DNA of 64,000 nt from positions 32,001 to 96,000 of IMG/VR virus record IMGVR_UViG_3300028886_000004; one strand, written 5' to 3'. Shown here one piece after another: positions 55,444-64,000 of the stretch. Position 1 is the stretch's first letter, and each line of letters begins with the position of its first letter. The position numbers were made by a program, and so were the translations under genes. The stretch is from a virus (lineage: Duplodnaviria > Caudoviricetes). Under the pieces are notes generated by a model that was not told where the DNA came from, did no database searches, and saw only the letters and a list, made by a program, of their open reading frames with translations.

Positions 55444-57144
55444 ATGGCCCAGCCCGTAAATGAAAAGAATGTCGACGAAGATTTGCTCGTTGCCAAGCAC
55501 CAGCGCCAGCTCGAATCTTACGATCGCAAGTATGCCGAACAGTTCGAAGCCCTCGCCAAGTCCGAAACCTATAAGGGCGGCCTTGATGACAACGCTCGTT
55601 TTGTCCTCGGCTCCAACCTCGACGCCTACAAGCGTTATGAAGCCGACCTCGTGTCCGGTGGCTCTTCCGCCAGCTCCCTTGGCAAGCTCCCGACCATCGC
55701 AGTTGACCTCATCAGCGCAACCTACGGCCTCACTGTTGCCCCGCAGCTCGCCTCGATGCAGAACATCGAAGAAGACCAGGGCATCGTTTACTTCAAGAAG
55801 GTGTTTACCCACGGTTATCCGTTCACCGCTACGAAGGGTCTTCCGGCTCTTCCGAACGATGGCTGGATGGACGCCGATGGTAACGAACCGGGCTCCTTGC
55901 TGAACGGCAAGTGGAAGACCTGGCACGACCACCGTGGCGCCCCGACCGGTTCCGAAGGTGCTTCTTCCGCAGGCAAGCTCCCGTCCGAAGACATCTCCGC
56001 CAAGAACTTTGACGCCATCACGTTTGACGCTCTCAAGGGCTGGCAGTCCTCTCCGACCGCCTACATGTCCGAACGTCAGGTTGCTAAGGTCTCCAACGGC
56101 CAGTGCACCCTTCCGAACGTGATCGGTAACACCCGCTGGAACGTCCCGATGGATGTCCGCCTTGTCAACGAAGATGGCAAGTATGTGGACCTCAAGGGTA
56201 TGTGCGATGGTCCGGGTATGCTTCCGACCTTCTGGGGCAACGGCGTGACTGTTGAAGTCGAAGCCAGCGGCAACGACCTCATCCTCATCTTTGACGGCAA
56301 GATCGCCGGCAAGGACATCATCGGCGGTGCCGTCGCTTATGATGTGGACTTCGAAAAGGCTCCGGATGTGCCGACGATTGAATTCGCCACCACGTCCACC
56401 TTCGTCAACGCCCACATCTTCGGCGTGAAGGAACTCACTGGTGACTTCAAGTCCTTCCAGTTCAAGAAGCGCTTTGGCCGTGCTGCCGAAGACGAAGTGG
56501 TTATGGACCTCTCCGGCCACCTCGCTCAGGCTGAATCCGAAAAGGTGATTGGCGCCCTCAAGCGTGCTGCAAATGCCAACGGCAAGCCGCTCACTTGGAA
56601 CGTCAACTGCCCGGTCGCCATTGCTGAAGCCCAGCACCGTAAGAGCTTGCTCTTCACGATCAACGCTGGTAGCTCCATCATCGGTACCCGTTGCGGTCGC
56701 GGCCGCATCAACCGCATCGTGGCTGGTTACACGGCTTGCGAATACCTCGCATCCCTCGACGGCTTCCGTCAGGCTCCTGCACAGAACGGCATTGGCCCGC
56801 ACGTGTTCGGTACCCTCGAAAACGAAGGCATCACGATTATCCGTTCCAGCACGGTTGTTGCTACGAACGAAATCATCGGTTGCTACATCAACCCGAACTC
56901 CCCGTGGGAAGCTGCCGTGGTTGACGCAACCTACATGCCGGCGTTCCTCACGGACACCATCAAGGTTGCCCACAACCCGTTCCAAAACATGCGTGCTATC
57001 GCTGCTTGGAAGGCAATCGAAACGGTTGTCCCGCAGTTCGTGGTCCGCATCGTTTTGACCAAGGCTCCGATCGTCACCCCGGATGCAACTGTTGCACTGG
57101 TCAATCCGACCTCCGGTAACAGCTCCGCTGGCTCTCAGGGCTAA
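55444..57144 (+). CDS. Major capsid protein (T4 gp23-like)
   Basis: 566 aa; DLI..Y..VAPQLASMQ..GIVYF, N.IV, VFGTL and DATYMP patterns; strong codon bias; terminator follows. Confidence 0.85.
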   Translation: MAQPVNEKNVDEDLLVAKHQRQLESYDRKYAEQFEALAKSETYKGGLDDNARFVLGSNLDAYKRYEADLVSGGSSASSLGKLPTIAVDLISATYGLTVAPQLASMQNIEEDQGIVYFKKVFTHGYPFTATKGLPALPNDGWMDADGNEPGSLLNGKWKTWHDHRGAPTGSEGASSAGKLPSEDISAKNFDAITFDALKGWQSSPTAYMSERQVAKVSNGQCTLPNVIGNTRWNVPMDVRLVNEDGKYVDLKGMCDGPGMLPTFWGNGVTVEVEASGNDLILIFDGKIAGKDIIGGAVAYDVDFEKAPDVPTIEFATTSTFVNAHIFGVKELTGDFKSFQFKKRFGRAAEDEVVMDLSGHLAQAESEKVIGALKRAANANGKPLTWNVNCPVAIAEAQHRKSLLFTINAGSSIIGTRCGRGRINRIVAGYTACEYLASLDGFRQAPAQNGIGPHVFGTLENEGITIIRSSTVVATNEIIGCYINPNSPWEAAVVDATYMPAFLTDTIKVAHNPFQNMRAIAAWKAIETVVPQFVVRIVLTKAPIVTPDATVALVNPTSGNSSAGSQG

Positions 57145-57167
57145 TCAAGGTTTCTTTCCTTGAGTAA

Positions 57168-57195
57168 AGGCTCCCGCTCACGCGGGAGCTTTTCT
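57168..57195 (+). terminator. Rho-independent terminator
   Basis: GGCTCCCGC-TCAC-GCGGGAGCT followed by T run. Confidence 0.85.
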
Positions 57196-57244
57196 TGTCC
57201 TTCCGTATATTTGAAAAAGTCACATTATACAAAGGAGTAAACCA

Positions 57245-57451
57245 ATGACTCAAAAAGAGATAATCGCGAAGGTCCACGATGAGACGACCGGTCGCGTTCC
57301 CCTCACTGAAATTGTCCATCGAATTGCCGATGTGATTGTGCAGGCTGGCGAGACAAGCCTCCCCGCCGTGCTTGCCCGCCTGGAACCTGCTTCCATTGCA
57401 TATGCGCACGCATATCCCGATGACATTTCGGATGGTCCGTGGGATATCTAG
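57245..57451 (+). CDS. Hypothetical protein
   Basis: Own CGTATATTTG box and AAGGAG RBS. Confidence 0.65.
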   Translation: MTQKEIIAKVHDETTGRVPLTEIVHRIADVIVQAGETSLPAVLARLEPASIAYAHAYPDDISDGPWDI

Positions 57452-57615
57452 TTAATTGCGCATAATGCGCTTATAGGCGCTTCAAATATCTTAATCAGGT
57501 ATTTGGGCGCCTTTTTATTTTATGAGGCTATAAGCGCGTTTATTTGCAAGGTATGTGCCCCTGCACGGAATATGTTATTATTTTTCTACTAGAAAACCCT
57601 ATAGGAGATCTAATC

Positions 57616-58725
57616 ATGACTAAAACACAAAGCGAGGCCGGGCGCTCTACCGGCACTGTCAAGCGTAAGGGCTCCCTTGCGAAGATGACAAATTTCGGTT
57701 ACTACCTTGACGATGACAAGGCATTCCTCGCACGCTGCGAAGAAGCGCTCGCCACTACTCAGGTTTCCGAGGATTTGGCCGAAAAAATCAAGGTCGCCAA
57801 GGAAGCGCTCGAGAAGGAAATGGAGATTGAACCTACCGATATGCGTAGCGCCCTCAATCGTCTCCACAGCCCCCTCGCTAAGGACGATGCGGAAAAGGAA
57901 AAGATTTTCAAGGATTCCCGCAGCGCCGTGTTCCTTGTTCGTAAGGCTATTTACGACGAAAAGCTCAATGGTATGGTCAATACCCTTACTTCCAAGTATG
58001 CCACCAACGCAAAGCGCGTTTTGGAAGAAGGCGCCCACACCATTGAAGTGACCAAGACTGAAATGGAAAAGCTGGGCATTACGGGCGATGACGTTACCGC
58101 CGGCCTCTATTCCGCAACGACCTTGACCAAGTCGCAGAAGAGCAAGGCGGTCGCGGAATTCATCGTGAAGATGCGCCCGCAGCTGGAAAAGGCTATTGAC
58201 GCCGTCAAGGCGGCCGATGCCATCCTTTCCTCCGACTTGAACGCAATCCTCCTCGAAATGAAGGATATGTTTGATGAAGCACAGAAGGACGCCGAATCTA
58301 TCAAGACCACGGTGAAGACCACTGTTGCCGCCGCCGATAAGGGCGACATCGAAGCCATCCCGCTTCCGGATACCCTTGGCGAAGCCGTACAGAACGAAGG
58401 TATCTTCTCCAAGCTGGCAGGCTGGTTCTCCAAGGTTGCCGGAAAGATCCGCTCCTTTGTGGACCGCGTCCTTGGCCTCACCAATGAAGCTGACGACGAA
58501 ATCGACCACCTTATGAGCGTGCTCGAAGGCGCCGAAGAATCCAAGCAGGATGATTGGACCGATGATGACTCCGAAGCAGTTGCCGAAGGCATTGATCCGA
58601 GCTTGACGCTCGAAGACATCCAGGGCATCTTGAAGGAAGAAGCATTCTTCGTCCAGCATTCCGACAAGGTTGAAGCGGTAGCACAGAAGATCTTTGCTTC
58701 CGTTCAGGCACGTGCAAAGAACTAA
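57616..58725 (+). CDS. Helical putative head/core protein
   Basis: ATG at 57616 after AGGAG; QSE-A, QNE-G and EE-S sites. Confidence 0.6.
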   Translation: MTKTQSEAGRSTGTVKRKGSLAKMTNFGYYLDDDKAFLARCEEALATTQVSEDLAEKIKVAKEALEKEMEIEPTDMRSALNRLHSPLAKDDAEKEKIFKDSRSAVFLVRKAIYDEKLNGMVNTLTSKYATNAKRVLEEGAHTIEVTKTEMEKLGITGDDVTAGLYSATTLTKSQKSKAVAEFIVKMRPQLEKAIDAVKAADAILSSDLNAILLEMKDMFDEAQKDAESIKTTVKTTVAAADKGDIEAIPLPDTLGEAVQNEGIFSKLAGWFSKVAGKIRSFVDRVLGLTNEADDEIDHLMSVLEGAEESKQDDWTDDDSEAVAEGIDPSLTLEDIQGILKEEAFFVQHSDKVEAVAQKIFASVQARAKN

Positions 58726-58739
58726 GGAGGGCATTCAAA

Positions 58740-59477
58740 ATGACTGAAAACGCAATTCGTCATTATTTCAAGGACTTCCCCACTTGGTGTGCAATCAAGA
58801 ACATCACCGAACCTAAACACGATGATGTGATTGATTGGGCTGCCGAACTGGTGGCGGACAACTTTATTTCCGAAGAAGAAGCTGCCGAATTGGCCGCTGC
58901 TGCCAAGGAAAACAAGGACCTTTACGCGGTTCCTTCCCTCTCCGGCAATGCCACTGTTGCCGCGGGCGGCGAAGATCCTGAAAAGGGCAAGGGCAAGAAG
59001 AAGGATTCCGAATCCGCTTCCACCTTGGGAGTGTCCCCGATGCCGGGGCTCAAGAAGTCCATTGAAGCGTTCGCCGACAAGGCAAGTGCAGCTGTCAAGA
59101 GCGTCTATGATTCCAACTCCGTGATGATGGAAGATTGCGAACAGGACATTCTTGATCTCAACAACGCTATTGCTACGATGCGCCGCTGCGCCGAAAAGGC
59201 TAGCGGGGCGTTGGAATCTATGGGCAAGGCGATGTCCTACCAAAAGAACGAGGATACGATGAAGGCTATTTCTTTGCTCGGCGATGCCATCAAGGAATTG
59301 GCTGGAAGCGAAGGTGAAGGTGGCGAGGAGGAAGCAGGCGCCCCTGCGGACTCCCTGAGCTCCGAGGTGTCCGCCATTTACAATGACGAACCCACCGCCC
59401 CGAATGACTTGCCGAATCCGGCCGGAGGAGAAGGCGGAGAAAATCCGAACGAACTCCCCAACCCGGCGGAAGCATAA
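58740..59477 (+). CDS. Acidic putative head/core protein
   Basis: AGGAGG RBS; DSE-S and KNE-D sites. Confidence 0.6.
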   Translation: MTENAIRHYFKDFPTWCAIKNITEPKHDDVIDWAAELVADNFISEEEAAELAAAAKENKDLYAVPSLSGNATVAAGGEDPEKGKGKKKDSESASTLGVSPMPGLKKSIEAFADKASAAVKSVYDSNSVMMEDCEQDILDLNNAIATMRRCAEKASGALESMGKAMSYQKNEDTMKAISLLGDAIKELAGSEGEGGEEEAGAPADSLSSEVSAIYNDEPTAPNDLPNPAGGEGGENPNELPNPAEA

Positions 59478-59559
59478 CCTCTACTTTTGCAAATCCCCGA
59501 GGTGTTCTCCTTGGGGATTTTTTCTTATATTTCCATATAGATAATTTTAGGAGATCACT

Positions 59560-60648
59560 ATGACCCGCACCATTATGAGTCAGAAAATCTGCGAAGCAAT
59601 TTCCGCCGTATTTGGCAGAACCACGCAGAACCCCGAAAATTGGCTTTACGAGCAGGATTATGTTCGCGGCCACGTGTCCTTCACCGAAAGTGCTGCAAGC
59701 TCCCGTTGCGCAACTGCCTTGTGCATCCGCCTCGAAGAAATGCTCGGCCCCGGTGTGAAGGTTTCGTCCACGACCCGTGCTGCTGACGCCTACACTTTCA
59801 CGATTGATTTTGAAGGCGCCAAGAACGAAGACAAGAACGGCGGCAAGAACGAAAGCAAGTATACGGACGGCAAGACGACGCTCTCCACCATCGAACAAGG
59901 CGGCAAAACCGTCATTACCGATGGCACGCCCGAAGGTACCCTTGCAGTCAACGACCCCGATAAGTTTGTCGATGGCCTTAACAAGGTGACCGGCTCCCAC
60001 TTCCGCAAGGCTGAAGAACTTTTGGATGAACGCACAGAGCAGGCTAACCTCGCCCTCGATGGCACCGGTTATGCAATCAAGCGCGAAGACAATTGCCTCC
60101 GCGTTACCGGCCCGAAGCCGGAAGCACTTGCTCCTCTTTGCAACTTCATCCCGGAAGGCGATGAATACTACGGCTCCGGCATTGAAACGTGCCCGGATGG
60201 CAGCGAATGTGTCGTGCTTGTCATTCCTCCGGAAATCTTTGGCGTGGAAGAATTGCTCGCCTTTATCGACAAGGCTGCTGGCTCCTTGATGGATTCCGCC
60301 GAACAGCCGGAACCGATGACAGACGCCGAATGGAGCGATGCCATCAATGCCGCCGAACCGGACCCCGCTATGGCACGCCGCTTCAACTTCCTGAAGAACG
60401 TCGATGGCCTTTCGCTGGCACTTTCGGATGAAAAGTTTGCTCAGGCGGTTGCTTCCGTACGCGACGTTTTCGGCAATGCTAAGGCAGAAGCAGTTTTGAC
60501 TCTCCGTCTTGGCGCCCGTATGGCACGCGCTATTGTGGAACGCCTCGGTGCTCCTAAGAAGTCCGAATCCTTTGCCGGATCCCACGGCGGAAAGGCTAGT
60601 CCCGGTGTGAGCGCAATCATCGCCGGCCACATGGTCACCCGCAAGTAA
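59560..60648 (+). CDS. Putative virion protein
   Basis: AGGAG RBS; KNE-D, KNE-S and KSE-S sites. Confidence 0.6.
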   Translation: MTRTIMSQKICEAISAVFGRTTQNPENWLYEQDYVRGHVSFTESAASSRCATALCIRLEEMLGPGVKVSSTTRAADAYTFTIDFEGAKNEDKNGGKNESKYTDGKTTLSTIEQGGKTVITDGTPEGTLAVNDPDKFVDGLNKVTGSHFRKAEELLDERTEQANLALDGTGYAIKREDNCLRVTGPKPEALAPLCNFIPEGDEYYGSGIETCPDGSECVVLVIPPEIFGVEELLAFIDKAAGSLMDSAEQPEPMTDAEWSDAINAAEPDPAMARRFNFLKNVDGLSLALSDEKFAQAVASVRDVFGNAKAEAVLTLRLGARMARAIVERLGAPKKSESFAGSHGGKASPGVSAIIAGHMVTRK

Positions 60649-60682
60649 ACCTTCAACCTGTTCAGTTTTATGAGGTAATAAG

Positions 60683-62926
60683 ATGGTCAATGATTCCGCC
60701 GGAACTGACGTAATCCTCGTTGACAAGTCGCAGCGCCCTGCCGGAGCGGCGGGGTTCAAGGCTGCTGTTGCCATCGAGGCGGAACGCGGACTTTGCAATA
60801 AGCCCGTTTTCATCACCAGCACCGATGATTTTGTAAAGGTCTTTGGTAATCCGAGTTTTGACAAGTATGGGCAGGCAAACCTTGAAGCCTACTTCCTCGC
60901 ACAGAATAATGTGCCGCTCGTCATTACGCGTGCCAAGAACCCCAGCCTCGAACCTACTGATCCGGCCTTTGGCTGTATGAAAATCAAGGTTCAGGACAAG
61001 GACCCCGAAACCGGGGTTGGTTCTCTGTTCATTGATCCGAATGCTAGCGCGAATGCAATCGCCACGCCTGCTGACGCTGATACCTGCTTGCTCTTCTTTA
61101 AGGGCGAAGGTAAGTATCCGTGTAAGGTGCTTGGCACCGATGGCTCCGATCGCTCGAACATCGTGATTCGTTTCAGCAAGCCTACTACCCAATCCGCCTA
61201 TGCAAATGTCAAGCGCACCTTCCAACTTCAGGTGTTCGACTTTGCCGGTGCCCGCCATATTGACAAGGATACCGAAGGCATTTTGGGAATCACCCCGAAT
61301 CTTGAACAGGTCTTGGATAATCCGTCCTCCGGTGAAGGCGAAGACAAGCTTTCGCTCCCCGGTTACGAGTTATCGTTTGATTCCGGTTCTTCGGGCGGCG
61401 ATTCCGGTAAGAAGAACCTTGTGACGGTGTTTGTGAATGGCCGTAAGGGCACTGCGCTTTACGATGGCGGCTCTGTGTATGATGCCATTGAAGCGGCTGT
61501 TAAGGATGCAAAGGACGCGCAGGGCAACCCGGTCCTCACTTCTTTCGAATCCGTCGGCGATGGCACTTTCAAGGTCGCTGCAGGCGCATTCAATTGCTTT
61601 GACCTTTCGATCTCTATTTCGATCTCCGCAAGCGCACAGGGTGTGCCTCTTGAAGGTCCCGCCCGTACCGCTTACTTCAATTACGGTTGTGGTTCTGTTT
61701 CCGTCACGCCGGATAATGACGGCGAAATGGCAACGGTTGACTTTGCCATCTCCACCGGCTTGTATCTCGAAAACCGCAAGGACTACATGTATATGGGTCC
61801 GGAGAATGCAGCGTGGGCTTCTTACTACGGCGCATATATCAAGGAATCGTATGTCACCAGCTTCAGCTACGAGGATTACGATCCGTCCTATGTGTCTATG
61901 CAAATTGACGCCGTCCTTGCCGGTTCGAATTACTTGGTCGCCAAGACCAGTGATCAGTTCTCCAACTACGAAATTCTGTTCGCGGAAGACGTGGAAGATG
62001 ATGAAGATCAGGAACCGAGCGGCATTGTTAAGAACCTCCAGTACTTCGATGCCTTCGGATCTATCGTCAGCAACCTGATTGAAGCCGGTCAGCGTTCTTA
62101 CGCCTATGCCTTGGCACTTCGCCAAATCATGGGCAACAACCTGACGATTTGGCGTTGCGTGGTTACGGCAAACTTGGGCGACGTGATGAACACCCCGGAC
62201 TTCCAGGGCGTTATCGAAGCCGCTGCCGAATCCACCTTGGGCGTGACGAACATTGGTAAGGCTGCTTCCCTGGATGCCTTCGGCAACTTGGGCGGCCGCC
62301 ACGGAATGCGCTTTATTGCGGACTTCCCGCAGTATGGCCGCCGCAATGTTGCTGGTCGCCGCATGTGGCTCACGATGGCAGCCCTTGTCACCTTGACGCT
62401 CAACAACAACTACAAGAACGGCAACGAAGCTCGTCCGCCGATGGGTCTGTCCTACGGCAAGATCCAGTGTGATGCCCTTTCCGAAGACTTCACCGGACCG
62501 CAGCGTAAGATGTTGGCGGAGACCTTCAAGCTCAATCCGGCAATCGATGAAAACGGCTTCTATCTGTGGGAAGAAACCACTTCCCAGCAGGCTGATTCCG
62601 CTCTCTCGGATACGCACGTTATCCTTTCGTATTGCTGGATGAAGTATATGATTTACGAATCGATGCGTCCGTTTGTCGCGGAATACAACGATACGCCGAC
62701 CATCAATGAAGGCGTGCGTGTTTTGAAGACTCTTAACCGAACCTTCATTTCCCGCAACTACATTGAAGAAGGCAAGCCGAACGCCGACAAGAACGTTCTC
62801 GGGGACAAGGTGATGCGCTTTGACTTCCCGGTCCGCTTCAAGGGTGTTGGCCGCTATGTGGACGTTTACGTTACCGCATATCCGCAGACGCAGTCGCTTG
62901 AAATTAGCTTGTCCGAGGAGGCATAA
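60683..62926 (+). CDS. Contractile tail sheath protein
   Basis: RG...KPVFITS..DF..VFG.P N-terminus; PP.G, LNP, LW...T, SALS and F..EYND C-terminus. Confidence 0.85.
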   Translation: MVNDSAGTDVILVDKSQRPAGAAGFKAAVAIEAERGLCNKPVFITSTDDFVKVFGNPSFDKYGQANLEAYFLAQNNVPLVITRAKNPSLEPTDPAFGCMKIKVQDKDPETGVGSLFIDPNASANAIATPADADTCLLFFKGEGKYPCKVLGTDGSDRSNIVIRFSKPTTQSAYANVKRTFQLQVFDFAGARHIDKDTEGILGITPNLEQVLDNPSSGEGEDKLSLPGYELSFDSGSSGGDSGKKNLVTVFVNGRKGTALYDGGSVYDAIEAAVKDAKDAQGNPVLTSFESVGDGTFKVAAGAFNCFDLSISISISASAQGVPLEGPARTAYFNYGCGSVSVTPDNDGEMATVDFAISTGLYLENRKDYMYMGPENAAWASYYGAYIKESYVTSFSYEDYDPSYVSMQIDAVLAGSNYLVAKTSDQFSNYEILFAEDVEDDEDQEPSGIVKNLQYFDAFGSIVSNLIEAGQRSYAYALALRQIMGNNLTIWRCVVTANLGDVMNTPDFQGVIEAAAESTLGVTNIGKAASLDAFGNLGGRHGMRFIADFPQYGRRNVAGRRMWLTMAALVTLTLNNNYKNGNEARPPMGLSYGKIQCDALSEDFTGPQRKMLAETFKLNPAIDENGFYLWEETTSQQADSALSDTHVILSYCWMKYMIYESMRPFVAEYNDTPTINEGVRVLKTLNRTFISRNYIEEGKPNADKNVLGDKVMRFDFPVRFKGVGRYVDVYVTAYPQTQSLEISLSEEA

Positions 62927-62929
62927 CGT

Positions 62930-63505
62930 ATGGCTGAACTCCAAAACGTAAAATTCGATGATTTGCTCGGTAAGAACTTCAGCGAAAAGGACTACGCTGT
63001 AAGTTCCAACTGGCGCATCAATTTCGAGGTGTGTAAGGAATTTGTGGATCTTGTGGGCAACGGCGATGTGGTCAAACATATGAGCTACGCCTGCACGAGC
63101 GACTATGATTTCGAAGCCACCACGGAATTTGCCAACGCCAATATCAAGGGTATTCCCGTTAGTCAGGCGGTGTGGCAGCATCGTGAATTTGATGGCGTCA
63201 ACATTACGATCCTCGAACCGATGGACCGCTCTGTTGAAAATGCCCTCATCAAGGCGATGAACAAGTCCACCGGTTACTACGATAGCCGCGATATTGCCGA
63301 AAAGAAGACCTACACCTTCTCCGGCATCCAGCTCATCGAACTTGGCAACGACGGCAAGACCTTGACGGACAATATCATTATCCTCGATGGCGTTCAAATC
63401 CAAGGCGTCAAGCCCGGAACCTTCACTTCCGGCGACAGCGCAAGCATCGTCAATACCACCTTGACCATCAAGGGTCACGGCTGGCATAAACCGTTCGAGG
63501 CATAA
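62930..63505 (+). CDS. Tail tube protein
   Basis: 191 aa directly after the sheath; beta-rich pattern. Confidence 0.65.
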   Translation: MAELQNVKFDDLLGKNFSEKDYAVSSNWRINFEVCKEFVDLVGNGDVVKHMSYACTSDYDFEATTEFANANIKGIPVSQAVWQHREFDGVNITILEPMDRSVENALIKAMNKSTGYYDSRDIAEKKTYTFSGIQLIELGNDGKTLTDNIIILDGVQIQGVKPGTFTSGDSASIVNTTLTIKGHGWHKPFEA

Positions 63506-63508
63506 TGA

Positions 63509-63973
63509 ATGGCAGTAAGCATCCTGGAATCTGTAATCGAGAACCAGTATCTCGATAATGGAAACTTTGATGTTTTCATAAAACTCCCGGACTCCTTTGA
63601 TGGGGGCCCGGGCTCCTTGTTAGTTTCCGGTATTCAAGGCGCCAACGCTTTCCTTGTCGGCGACAACGGAATGAAGACCCCCGAAGTCACTATCACCGCC
63701 CACGTCACGAAAAAGCAGGATTCGCTTTTGAGACATTTGTATGTGGCAACGGTCCACCCCGGTTATATTGACCAGCGCTACCCGATCAAGGTGGAATGGG
63801 GTGATGTGTCCAAGATGCCTTTTGCAAAGCCTGCTTCCGATGCCGATGGACTTTTGAATGACGCCGGCGTGGATGCGCACGACTTCTATTTGGCCTCATA
63901 TACCCCGCCTGAATCGGTGAATTTCGCGCAAGGTGAGATGCTTCCCGTATCTATGGTATTGAGGTTAATTTAA
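63509..63973 (+). CDS. Probable tail/baseplate tube-like protein
   Basis: Position after the tube gene. Confidence 0.45.
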   Translation: MAVSILESVIENQYLDNGNFDVFIKLPDSFDGGPGSLLVSGIQGANAFLVGDNGMKTPEVTITAHVTKKQDSLLRHLYVATVHPGYIDQRYPIKVEWGDVSKMPFAKPASDADGLLNDAGVDAHDFYLASYTPPESVNFAQGEMLPVSMVLRLI

Positions 63974-64000
63974 TGATTTACATTCCTATCAACGAACTTC

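Noticed and set aside
323-63487. Long antisense ORFs such as 323..2743, 4469..5791, 32369..33610, 45301..46857, 55426..56985 and 61370..63487
   Set aside because: They mirror real genes on the other strand and have no motifs or RBS; expected shadows of codon bias
1-64000. CRISPR arrays, integrase, transposase, reverse transcriptase/DGR, introns, inteins
   Set aside because: No regular repeat-spacer array or diagnostic motifs seen; ligase, ThyA and capsid have ordinary lengths

Overview
This window is part of a large lytic-looking dsDNA myovirus genome with T4-superfamily-like virion genes. It uses the standard genetic code. The host is probably in the FCB group, possibly rumen Fibrobacter; this is inferred only from recurring TATATT(T)-type promoter boxes and overall style. 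Layout: baseplate/tail-fibre-like genes and a cluster of putative internal head proteins (1-7.7 kb); a glycosyltransferase, a putative Rep/primase gene and an iteron-like origin (7.8-13.1 kb, minus strand); a long run of small hypothetical genes with QueD, a PNKP-type phosphatase, tmRNA, a RuvC-like resolvase, a sigma-like protein and an ATP-dependent DNA ligase (13-35 kb); an RNA-rich zone with five tRNAs and many structured non-coding or tRNA-like elements (35-42 kb); a 7-deazaguanine DNA-modification cluster (ParB-like, DpdA-like, QueC, PRTase; FolE and QueD lie elsewhere); then HU, ThyA, portal, prohead protease, capsid, sheath and tube genes (43-64 kb). Most notable: (1) a 27-aa leader peptide rich in Asn/Ala/Tyr/Glu with an antiterminator/terminator pair directly upstream of a Glu-Ala-Asn-Tyr tRNA array, i.e. 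an apparent ribosome-stalling attenuator that would switch on phage tRNAs when the matching host tRNAs fail; (2) a family of proteins sharing an N-terminal MGIKLIKKxxE tag and built from modules bounded by x-x-E|(A/S/G) sites, i.e. putative protease-processed capsid cargo polyproteins; (3) tandem tRNA-His anticodon stem-loop mimics and other tRNA-like RNAs. All calls come from motif recognition by eye; no searches or folding programs were run.
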